Source: a virus
Taxonomy: Duplodnaviria > Caudoviricetes
DNA: 27,065 nt
Virus record (IMG/VR): IMGVR_UViG_3300024264_000144
Coordinates: 1 to 27,065 of that record
Direction: 5' to 3' (one strand)
Made by a program: the position numbers and the translations under genes. Positions within the stretch are counted from its first letter, which is position 1. The number at the start of each line of letters is the position of its first letter. The notes beneath the pieces are model-generated. The model saw nothing but the letters and a program-made list of their open reading frames with translations. It did not search any database and was not told the origin of the DNA. Below, one piece after another: positions 18,988 to 25,264 of this stretch.

Positions 18988-19125
18988 ATGAAAATCGCAA
19001 AGCGTAAACCCCAAACACCGCAGCCCGTAAAAAGGGCTGACGGTTCATGGTTTGTTCCATCTCGCCGTTGTTCGTCAACAATCAACAATAAAATTTCTAG
19101 CAGCTTCAAAGGGGTTAAAAAATGA
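18988..19125 (+). CDS. Small basic hypothetical protein (45 aa)
   Basis: MKIAKRKPQTPQPVKRADGSWFVPSRRC...; starts 1 nt after the previous stop and overlaps the next ORF by ATGA. Confidence 0.5.
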   Translation: MKIAKRKPQTPQPVKRADGSWFVPSRRCSSTINNKISSSFKGVKK

Positions 19126-19247
19126 CCGATCTAGATATTATAAAGTATCACCTGGCTACAAAAGAGTTTTGGTTAGGTATAGTTGTAACTCTACTAGGTA
19201 CGCTTGCAATATGGGTAGCAGTACAACTTGCAGCTGAGTTCTTGTAA
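19122..19247 (+). CDS. Small membrane protein (41 aa)
   Basis: MTDLDIIKYHLATKEFWLGIVVTLLGTLAIWVAVQLAAEFL; AAAGGGG RBS; one transmembrane segment. Confidence 0.6.
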   Translation: MTDLDIIKYHLATKEFWLGIVVTLLGTLAIWVAVQLAAEFL

Positions 19248-19258
19248 AAAGCGTGCAA

Positions 19259-19306
19259 AATCAATAGCTTAGCGGCAGGGCCGCCCCGCCCGCTAAGTAG
19301 TTGATT
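19259..19306. repeat. 48-bp element, copy 1
   Basis: AATCAATAGCTTA-22 bp GC-rich-TAAGTAGTTGATT. Confidence 0.9.
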
Positions 19307-19325
19307 TTAAACAGTTTTTTTAGGG

Positions 19326-19356
19326 TTGCAAAGCAATTAAAACTATGCGATAAACT
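19326..19356 (+). promoter_or_regulatory. Putative promoter
   Basis: TTGCAA-N17-GATAAA, or TAAACT with a 19-nt spacer. Confidence 0.45.
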
Positions 19357-19384
19357 TATATAAGATAACAAAGGAGAAAATCTT

Positions 19385-19870
19385 ATGACTACATTTTACA
19401 CCGCTGGAAAAGTTTGGCACAATAAAAAATTTCAAAATCTGCGTGATGATCTAGGATACGCTGTAAAAGCTCGCTGGATTGACCTAGAAAATGACAGTGA
19501 TTTTGTGCAAAATCAAAAAGATCAGCTCTGGAATTTGTGCTATGAAGATGTTCGGGATAGTGATTTCTTGCTGCTATATTGTGAAGATTTTAACGAAGAA
19601 CAGCGCGGAGCGTTGGTTGAAATTGGAATGGCTTATGGTTGTGGTAAACCAGTGTATGCGATAGGTAAGTGTGCAAGCATTGCTCCTAATGCAATCTCTG
19701 ATGTTGCTTTCACCCATTTTAAAAACTGGACATGGTTAGAAACCACTGATCTAGTAGAAGGTGCGGATCAAGCTATTGCTATGCACGAAGGAAAGCAAAA
19801 GGCCCAGCGCCTTGTGAGTATGTTTAAAGATTTTAGAACTGTTGGAACAGTACAATCGGAGGTTGCATAA
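19385..19870 (+). CDS. Nucleoside 2-deoxyribosyltransferase / N-glycosidase family protein
   Basis: FYTAGK...EDVRDSDFLLLY...GALVEIGMAYGCGKPVY, including the catalytic Glu motif; AAGGAG RBS. Confidence 0.8.
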   Translation: MTTFYTAGKVWHNKKFQNLRDDLGYAVKARWIDLENDSDFVQNQKDQLWNLCYEDVRDSDFLLLYCEDFNEEQRGALVEIGMAYGCGKPVYAIGKCASIAPNAISDVAFTHFKNWTWLETTDLVEGADQAIAMHEGKQKAQRLVSMFKDFRTVGTVQSEVA

Positions 19871-20161
19871 ATGCCTTATATTCCCGTAGAAGATCGTTCA
19901 CGCGTTGATGAAGCTGTAATGGATCAAGGGTGCCAATGGGTACCCAACAACGCCGGAGAACTAAACTGGCTAGTATCTAGCTTTATAAATAATTTTTTAG
20001 AGGTGCATGGTGTACGTTATGCGTATCTAAATGAAATGATGGGCGCGCTAGAGTGTTGCAAATTAGAACTCTATAGAAAAGTAGGGGCGCCTTATGAGGA
20101 AATAAAAGAAGCTGAAAATGGTAAAGCATATTCAGTTGAAATGCAAGGGGCAGATTACTAA
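19871..20161 (+). CDS. Conserved phage helical protein (DUF6899-like)
   Basis: MPYI..R...GELNW...Y..LNEMMGALECCKLELYRK...PYE..K..ENG pattern; GGAGG RBS. Confidence 0.7.
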   Translation: MPYIPVEDRSRVDEAVMDQGCQWVPNNAGELNWLVSSFINNFLEVHGVRYAYLNEMMGALECCKLELYRKVGAPYEEIKEAENGKAYSVEMQGADY

Positions 20162-20186
20162 CGCCCAGCGCCTAATAACCCTTTAA

Positions 20187-20234
20187 TATCAAAGGGTTAG
20201 AGGGCGCGGCCCCCCGCGCGCTAAGTGGTTGATT
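20187..20234. repeat. 48-bp element, copy 2
   Basis: TATCAAAGGGTTA-22 bp-TAAGTGGTTGATT. Confidence 0.9.
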
Positions 20235-20253
20235 TTAAACACTTTTTTAGTGC

Positions 20254-20282
20254 TTGACGCTAACAGAATAAAAGCGTATGGT
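20254..20282 (+). promoter_or_regulatory. Sigma70-type promoter
   Basis: TTGACG-N17-TATGGT. Confidence 0.65.
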
Positions 20283-20310
20283 TTCTTATAGTCAATTAAA
20301 AGGAGTACTC

Positions 20311-20637
20311 ATGGCTACTAAAACTTTAAATTATACTACCGCACAAGTTGATCAAATTATCAGCATGTACAAGCAATCAGGTAACGAATCTCTTCCAGAG
20401 ATTGCTGCAGCTGTCGGTAAGTCAGTGCGTTCTGTACGTTCTAAACTAGTACGCGAAGGCGTATACTCGGCTACCCCTAAGCCGAAACGGTCTTCAATTG
20501 ATAAAGGACCTACTAAAAAAGAACTACTTAATGAGCTCGAGCAGGTGTGTGGTTTTGATGTCACACCTCTGTCTGGTGCCACTAAAGAGGGGTTGCTTTC
20601 GCTAATCTCTTTTGCTAAAAAAATGGGAGAAGCTTAG
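20311..20637 (+). CDS. A2: T5 A2-like DNA-binding protein, paralog 1
   Basis: LPEIAAAVGKSVRSVRSKLVREGVY resembles the T5 A2 segment LKEIAKAVG...SVRSKL as recalled. AAGGAG RBS supports the start at 20311. Confidence 0.7.
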   Translation: MATKTLNYTTAQVDQIISMYKQSGNESLPEIAAAVGKSVRSVRSKLVREGVYSATPKPKRSSIDKGPTKKELLNELEQVCGFDVTPLSGATKEGLLSLISFAKKMGEA

Positions 20638-20667
20638 GCTTCCCCACCACCCTTTTAGGAGATATTT

Positions 20668-20835
20668 ATGTCTGTAAAAACTGCTATATGTTACGATGAG
20701 TGCGGCACGGAAGTTTCTATCCAAGTCGAAGGGCATCACCAGATACCCGAAGAATGGCGGTTCTGTTACTGGCAAGAGTTCAGCGATCGGGAGCTTGCTG
20801 AGTGGAGGCTAGAGCAGGAGCAAGACTGGCCCTAG
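20668..20835 (+). CDS. Small acidic hypothetical protein (55 aa)
   Basis: MSVKTAICYDECGTEVSIQVEGHHQIPEEWRFCYWQEFSDRELAEWRLEQEQDWP; AGGAG RBS. Confidence 0.65.
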   Translation: MSVKTAICYDECGTEVSIQVEGHHQIPEEWRFCYWQEFSDRELAEWRLEQEQDWP

Positions 20836-20855
20836 CCTCCAAAAAAACCCTTTAA

Positions 20856-20984
20856 TATCAAAGGGTTAGCCGCACCGCCAAAAAAGTGTGTAATATCAAG
20901 GGGTTAGCAGGGGGGTCGCCCCGCTCGCTAAGTTATTGATTTTAAAGGGTTTTTTAATTCAAATAAAATGCTAAGTCATTGAAA
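20856..20984. repeat. 48-bp element, copy 3 (core 20894-20941), with extra boxes at 20856-20868 and 20972-20984
   Basis: TATCAAGGGGTTA-22 bp-TAAGTTATTGATT; flanking boxes TATCAAAGGGTTA and TAAGTCATTGAAA. Confidence 0.9.
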
Positions 20985-21002
20985 ACAAACGATTCTTTTA
21001 TA

Positions 21003-21031
21003 TTGACTTGAGCTGATTTATTCTTTATAAG
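21003..21031 (+). promoter_or_regulatory. Sigma70-type promoter
   Basis: TTGACT-N17-TATAAG. Confidence 0.65.
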
Positions 21032-21054
21032 TTATATACAAGGAGAATTTACTA

Positions 21055-21510
21055 ATGATTAAAAATATTTCTATCTTTGATTTAGACGGAACCTGTGTTG
21101 ATAGCTCGCATCGGCAAGCTACTCTTTCAGATGGTACGCTAAACTTGGCGGCTTGGTTTGCCAACGCTACGCCTGAAAAGATAGCTCAAGATAAGCTGCT
21201 TCCTTTAGCTAAGGAAATCAGCAACCGTAAAGATAAGGGTGACTATGTTATAATCTGCACTGCTAGAAATATGTCTAGCGCAGATTATGAATTCTTAAAA
21301 AAGAATAACATGGTTGCTCACAAGATTATTTCTCGCCCTGTGGGAAATATGGAAGCAGACGGATCACTTAAGGCGAAACAGCTTTCATCCTTTTTAAGCC
21401 TCCGCCAGTTTAAAAGAGCTTCAAAAGTGATGTTTGATGACGCGCAAAGTGTCCGTTCTGCTATCCGAAAAATTGGTATTGCGGTACTAGATCCCGCAAA
21501 ACTCAACTAG
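21055..21510 (+). CDS. HAD-superfamily phosphatase (PNKP phosphatase-like)
   Basis: Motif I IFDLDGT, motif II ICTAR, motif III Lys (LKAK), motif IV MFDD. Confidence 0.85.
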   Translation: MIKNISIFDLDGTCVDSSHRQATLSDGTLNLAAWFANATPEKIAQDKLLPLAKEISNRKDKGDYVIICTARNMSSADYEFLKKNNMVAHKIISRPVGNMEADGSLKAKQLSSFLSLRQFKRASKVMFDDAQSVRSAIRKIGIAVLDPAKLN

Positions 21511-21518
21511 AGGTTGTT

Positions 21519-21800
21519 ATGGAATATACTCACGAATTAATGTTAGAATGTCACGAAAAACGCATGGGAGGAAATATGCGACACTTAATGATAACACGGC
21601 CAGATGGTGGCATCTGTGATTGCTACGGAGAGATCGAAGAGAATAGCAATTTTGAAGTCGTATGCTACGACGAAGAAAATGATGGAATTTGGGCGACGGG
21701 AAACCATGACACCAATGAACCATTTAAAGATTGGCAAGAAGCTGTTAAATGGCTATGCGAAAACCTTGACTCACGGATTGAACAGCTAACCGCTGTTTAA
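21519..21800 (+). CDS. Acidic hypothetical protein
   Basis: GAGG RBS; ends immediately before element copy 4. Confidence 0.65.
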   Translation: MEYTHELMLECHEKRMGGNMRHLMITRPDGGICDCYGEIEENSNFEVVCYDEENDGIWATGNHDTNEPFKDWQEAVKWLCENLDSRIEQLTAV

Positions 21801-21808
21801 TCCTTTAA

Positions 21809-21899
21809 AAACAAGCACTTACGGGCAAGGGCGCCCCGGCGGCTAAGTCATTGATTTTAAACGATTTTTAAATTGAAAAAAAATGCTAAGTCCTTGTTT
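21809..21899. repeat. 48-bp element, copy 4 (core 21809-21856), plus extra box at 21887-21899
   Basis: AAACAAGCACTTA-22 bp-TAAGTCATTGATT; extra box TAAGTCCTTGTTT. Confidence 0.9.
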
Positions 21900-21917
21900 T
21901 TAAACGATTCTTTTCTC

Positions 21918-21946
21918 TTGCATTCTGCTTATTTTAAAGCTATAAA
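21918..21946 (+). promoter_or_regulatory. Sigma70-type promoter
   Basis: TTGCAT-N17-TATAAA. Confidence 0.65.
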
Positions 21947-21981
21947 TATTATATTAACCCTCAAACAAAAGGAGGCCAATT

Positions 21982-22305
21982 ATGGCTACATCTAAAACTG
22001 CAAATTACACCACCGCTCAAGTCGAGCAAATCGTTTCTATGTATGCTGATCTCGGAAACGAAGGTCTGCAAGATATCTCTGACGCCGTGGGCAAATCTGT
22101 CCGGTCAGTTCGTTCGAAACTCGTGCGTGAGGGTGTTTATGTCGCCACCCCTAAAGCCGCTGCACCTAAGCGGGATCAAGGCCCAACCAAAAAAGAGCTG
22201 TTAAATCAGCTTGAAGAAATGGTTGGTTTTGATGTTACTCCACTTTCGGGGTCAACCAAAGAAGGTTTGCAATCTCTGATTGCATTCGCCTCTAAGGTGG
22301 CATAA
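21982..22305 (+). CDS. A2: T5 A2-like DNA-binding protein, paralog 2
   Basis: NYTTAQV...LQDISDAVGKSVRSVRSKLVREGVY...GPTKKELL...GFDVT; AAGGAGG RBS. Confidence 0.7.
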   Translation: MATSKTANYTTAQVEQIVSMYADLGNEGLQDISDAVGKSVRSVRSKLVREGVYVATPKAAAPKRDQGPTKKELLNQLEEMVGFDVTPLSGSTKEGLQSLIAFASKVA

Positions 22306-22312
22306 ACCAGAG

Positions 22313-22341
22313 GGGGCAAGGTTGCAGCCTTGCCCCTTTTT
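22313..22341 (+). terminator. Rho-independent terminator
   Basis: GGGGCAAGG-TTGCAG-CCTTGCCCC followed by TTTTT. Confidence 0.8.
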
Positions 22342-22366
22342 ACTTGACACTGAAAAAAGTGTTTGA

Positions 22367-22458
22367 AAACAAACACTTACGGGGCGGGGCCCCCCGCGAG
22401 CTAAGTCATTGAAAACAAACGGTTTTTTAGTTAGCAGAAAAAGGCTAAGTCCTTGTTT
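22367..22458. repeat. 48-bp element, copy 5 (core 22367-22414), plus extra box at 22446-22458
   Basis: AAACAAACACTTA-22 bp-TAAGTCATTGAAA; extra box TAAGTCCTTGTTT. Confidence 0.9.
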
Positions 22459-22476
22459 TTAAACGATTCTTTTTAT

Positions 22477-22505
22477 TTGACAGCTGAATGTTTTTGCTTT
22501 ACACC
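22477..22505 (+). promoter_or_regulatory. Sigma70-type promoter
   Basis: TTGACA-N17-TACACC. Confidence 0.55.
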
Positions 22506-22537
22506 TATAAGGGTAAAGCATACAGGAGAATTTACAA

Positions 22538-23242
22538 ATGCCTTTCAAACCTACTCTTTTCGTTGTGACCGACATTGAAACCACCATGCGTAAGCGTATT
22601 GCTTTTGATGTTGCTTGGCGCATTGTTGACCGAAAAGGTCGGGAATACGGTTCTGGCTCTTATGTTATTCGTGAAGCCTTCAAGCTTGATCTGCCTTTCT
22701 TCGCTGAAAAAATGGGTCATTATTTTGATGATGCTTATAGCCACAAAATTGTGCCTGCCTCTATTGATGACGTTCGCGCAGAATACAACGCGCAAATTAA
22801 TGCGCTTGCTGCTGCTGGTCATAAAGTCATTTTATGCGCTTATAATGCGCGTTTTGATTTTACGCATCTGCCGCGCACTTTGCAAGTTTTGCATAATGAC
22901 GACTCTGCGCGTTGGTTAGATAATGCTTTTCCGCTGCTCGATATTTGGGATTTCTGGGGTCAAAGCGTTCCTCTTAATTATCGCGCCAACCCTTCAAAGT
23001 CTGGCAAATACTTTTCAACGTCTGCGGAAAGCGCCTACCGTTGGGAATTCATGCAAGAAGATTTTGAAGAAAGACATATTGCGTGGCATGATTGCTTGAT
23101 TGAAAGCGACATTTTGCTTAAAGCATTGCATCGCAAAAAGCCTATGCCTATAGTCTCCAAGCCTTCGGAATTTTCGGGATCAGTCTGGAGAGATATCAAT
23201 CTGAGACTAGGCGTTGACGGTTCTCAGGCTCTTGCGGCATAA
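22538..23242 (+). CDS. DEDDh 3'-5' exonuclease family protein
   Basis: ExoI VTDIETT, ExoII AYNARFD, ExoIII HIAWHD; AGGAG RBS. Confidence 0.85.
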   Translation: MPFKPTLFVVTDIETTMRKRIAFDVAWRIVDRKGREYGSGSYVIREAFKLDLPFFAEKMGHYFDDAYSHKIVPASIDDVRAEYNAQINALAAAGHKVILCAYNARFDFTHLPRTLQVLHNDDSARWLDNAFPLLDIWDFWGQSVPLNYRANPSKSGKYFSTSAESAYRWEFMQEDFEERHIAWHDCLIESDILLKALHRKKPMPIVSKPSEFSGSVWRDINLRLGVDGSQALAA

Positions 23243-23249
23243 TTAAACT

Positions 23250-23272
23250 GGGGCTTGCAAAACGCAAGCCCC
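23250..23272 (+). terminator. GC-rich hairpin after the exonuclease gene (no U-tract)
   Basis: GGGGCTTGC-AAAAC-GCAAGCCCC. Confidence 0.45.
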
Positions 23273-23293
23273 CCACAACCCGAGGTTGAAAAA

Positions 23294-23404
23294 ATGGCTA
23301 AAATTAAACTTGCGCTTCCTTATATACTAAAGGCTTATATCGTTTACTCTGTTATATCCGAAACGGTAGTTTTAAGCGGGCTTATATACTTAATTTTCTT
23401 TTAA
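23294..23404 (+). CDS. Small membrane protein (36 aa)
   Basis: MAKIKLALPYILKAYIVYSVISETVVLSGLIYLIFF; GAGG RBS; stop abuts element copy 6. Confidence 0.6.
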   Translation: MAKIKLALPYILKAYIVYSVISETVVLSGLIYLIFF

Positions 23405-23452
23405 TATCAAGGGGTTAGGCGGCGGGGCCCCCAACCTGCTAAACTACTGAAA
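23405..23452. repeat. 48-bp element, copy 6
   Basis: TATCAAGGGGTTA-22 bp-TAAACTACTGAAA (degenerate right box). Confidence 0.85.
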
Positions 23453-23471
23453 ACAAACACTTTTTTTACTA

Positions 23472-23500
23472 TTGAAGATATATTTTAAAACTGATACTAA
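23472..23500 (+). promoter_or_regulatory. Sigma70-type promoter
   Basis: TTGAAG-N17-TACTAA. Confidence 0.5.
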
Positions 23501-23517
23501 TAATTAAAGGAGAAAAC

Positions 23518-23727
23518 ATGGCTAGAAGAGTTGAATGGAAAGCTATCGGCAAATGTAAAGTTTGTGGCATAAATTTATATGCTGAGAGAGATAATAAACC
23601 TCATAAGATTGCTATGCCTTGCAATCTAGGAGGTTGCCCTTATGAAACACCAGAACAGCAGCAAAGCGCTGATGAATTTTGGAGATCACTACCACCAGCA
23701 GGAAAAGGAGTAACTTATTATGAATAA
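23518..23727 (+). CDS. Small putative Zn-binding protein
   Basis: CKVC...PCNLGGCP; AAGGAG RBS. Confidence 0.7.
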   Translation: MARRVEWKAIGKCKVCGINLYAERDNKPHKIAMPCNLGGCPYETPEQQQSADEFWRSLPPAGKGVTYYE

Positions 23728-23929
23728 ACATTCAAACACATATAAAGAATGGTTTGCAGAAATCGATCGGATCTTAGAACGTTCTATAGGCTTAGGGCAA
23801 GACTGCCTAGCAGACTGGCTAAGTCGAGATGCGTATAATGATGGGCTTAGTGCAGAGGAAGGCGCAGCTATTTGCCTAGAAGCTCAAGATTTAATGAATG
23901 ATGATGAGATATCAGAATTATTGAGTTAA
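23720..23929 (+). CDS. Acidic hypothetical protein
   Basis: AAGGAG RBS; DCLADWLSRDAYNDGLSAEE; stop overlaps element copy 7. Confidence 0.7.
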   Translation: MNKHSNTYKEWFAEIDRILERSIGLGQDCLADWLSRDAYNDGLSAEEGAAICLEAQDLMNDDEISELLS

Positions 23930-23976
23930 ATCAGGGGCTTAGGCCCCGACGCGCCCGGGCTCCTAACTTATTGATT
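23929..23976. repeat. 48-bp element, copy 7
   Basis: AATCAGGGGCTTA-22 bp-TAACTTATTGATT. Confidence 0.85.
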
Positions 23977-24038
23977 TCATTGATCTTTTTCTCTCTTGAC
24001 ACAACTTAAAATTGAATTAGGCGCCCTTAGCGCCGCCT

Positions 24039-24067
24039 ATAGTAGTAGTTCAACTACCCGAGTGCAA
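24039..24067 (-). promoter_or_regulatory. Leftward sigma70-type promoter
   Basis: TTGCAC-N17-TACTAT on the minus strand, with the palindrome GTAGTTCAACTAC in its spacer. Confidence 0.55.
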
Positions 24068-24203
24068 GTAGAAAAACAATTTATAATGTACTCAAAGCTA
24101 AGTCTACTTTAACTTTAGCACCAGGCCAAGTAGTAGTTCAACTATCAAATTTCGTGGGCCCTAGTAGGCATTCGAAGTAATTATTTAATAGCCTAGCGCC
24201 ACT

Positions 24204-24233
24204 ATTATAGTGGAAAAACTATAGCGTTGTCAA
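24204..24233 (-). promoter_or_regulatory. Leftward consensus sigma70 promoter
   Basis: TTGACA-N18-TATAAT on the minus strand. Confidence 0.65.
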
Positions 24234-24319
24234 GCGCAAATTAGCCGTGGCCGCTCATCAAAGTCAAGTCACATAAAAAAATAGAGAGCAGCATAGAAGT
24301 AGATTGTTCATGTTTCTTC

Positions 24320-24348
24320 TTGCTTACTTGCTGTTTTTATCGTATATT
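24320..24348 (+). promoter_or_regulatory. Sigma70-type promoter for A2 paralog 3
   Basis: TTGCTT-N17-TATATT. Confidence 0.55.
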
Positions 24349-24419
24349 GATTATGTTGATGAGGGAAATGAGCGCCTCGAACCAGCTCAGAAGCCAATTA
24401 TATAGAAAGAGGTTCAAAT

Positions 24420-24737
24420 ATGGCTAATACTACAGTAAACTACACAGACGCACAAGTAGAAATGATCGTTGAAATGTACAACGGGCTCGGCAATGACGGT
24501 CTTGATGAGATCGCAGCTGCTGTTAGCAAGTCAGTACGGTCGGTACGGTCAAAGTTGGTGCGTGAAGGTGTTTATGTTGCTACACCTAAAGCCAAGGCAG
24601 CTCCAAAAGATATGGGTCCTTCGAAGAAGGAACTGTTGAATGACTTGGAGCAAATTGTAGGCTTTGATGTCACCGGCTTCACCGGTGCTACTAAGCCTGC
24701 GCTGGCTACGCTTATTGAAAAGCTGCAAGCTGCTTAA
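24420..24737 (+). CDS. A2: T5 A2-like DNA-binding protein, paralog 3
   Basis: NYTDAQV...LDEIAAAVSKSVRSVRSKLVREGVY...GPSKKELL...GFDVT; GAGG RBS. Confidence 0.7.
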   Translation: MANTTVNYTDAQVEMIVEMYNGLGNDGLDEIAAAVSKSVRSVRSKLVREGVYVATPKAKAAPKDMGPSKKELLNDLEQIVGFDVTGFTGATKPALATLIEKLQAA

Positions 24738-24759
24738 GCGTTACGCAACATGAACACAC

Positions 24760-24788
24760 AGGGGGCCTTCGGGCCCCCTTATCTTTTA
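24760..24788 (+). terminator. Terminator-like hairpin with UUCG tetraloop
   Basis: AGGGGGCC-TTCG-GGCCCCCT followed by a T-rich tail. Confidence 0.7.
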
Positions 24789-24810
24789 ATGGCTAAAAAA
24801 AGGAACAATC

Positions 24811-25227
24811 ATGCAAGGTTTGATCGAATCTGATAATTATATTAAATGTAATCACTGCAATTATGCTCATACTTATGGTCAACGTCTAGATACAGGTTAT
24901 GACGTTGTGTGTCCTAACTGTGAGTCTGATGCATCTACTGAAGATCTAGAAGACGAAGAAAAGTACTATTGGTGGAGTGTTGGTATATATTCAACAGGCG
25001 AGAACTACGGAGGCCCCGAAGAGGGCGGTTGGTGGTACACTGCAGGCAACCTAGAACATCATGATAAAGTTCGTAGCTTTTATTCACTAAAACAAGCTCA
25101 AGAATACGCTGTAGAACTACGTAAATGGGTAACAGAGTATAATGGTGGTCAAGATTATGCAATAAAAGGGTTTACAGAACAGTTTCCTGATGATGGATTC
25201 CCTAAAGTAAGACCCCGTTACTGCTAA
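24811..25227 (+). CDS. Hypothetical protein with Zn-ribbon and YGGPEEGGWWY motif
   Basis: CNHC...CPNC followed by YGGPEEGGWWY, a motif I recognise from phage hypothetical proteins; AAGGA RBS. Confidence 0.75.
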   Translation: MQGLIESDNYIKCNHCNYAHTYGQRLDTGYDVVCPNCESDASTEDLEDEEKYYWWSVGIYSTGENYGGPEEGGWWYTAGNLEHHDKVRSFYSLKQAQEYAVELRKWVTEYNGGQDYAIKGFTEQFPDDGFPKVRPRYC

Positions 25228-25234
25228 AAACGAG

Positions 25235-25264
25235 AAAAGGAGCCCTTTTGAGGCTCCTTTTTTT
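25235..25264. terminator. Rho-independent terminator, possibly bidirectional
   Basis: AAAAGGAGCC-CTTTTGA-GGCTCCTTTTTTT, located where rightward and leftward gene blocks converge. Confidence 0.8.

Noticed and set aside
19052-19237. 61-aa ORF from the track
   Set aside because: Two translationally coupled ORFs (18988-19125 and 19122-19247) explain the region better.
20278-20310. Upstream start for A2 paralog 1
   Set aside because: That ATG lies inside the -10 box; the RBS and the paralog alignment support 20311.
19259-23976. CRISPR array or integron attC interpretation of the repeats
   Set aside because: Copies are degenerate and 0.5-1 kb apart with genes between them. There are no cas genes or integrase in the window, and no RYYYAAC/GTTRRRY ends.
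19259-23976. Elements as simple intrinsic terminators
   Set aside because: The GC spacers pair only weakly and lack an adjacent U-tract, and copy 5 follows a separate true terminator. Fixed spacing rather than base pairing is what is conserved.
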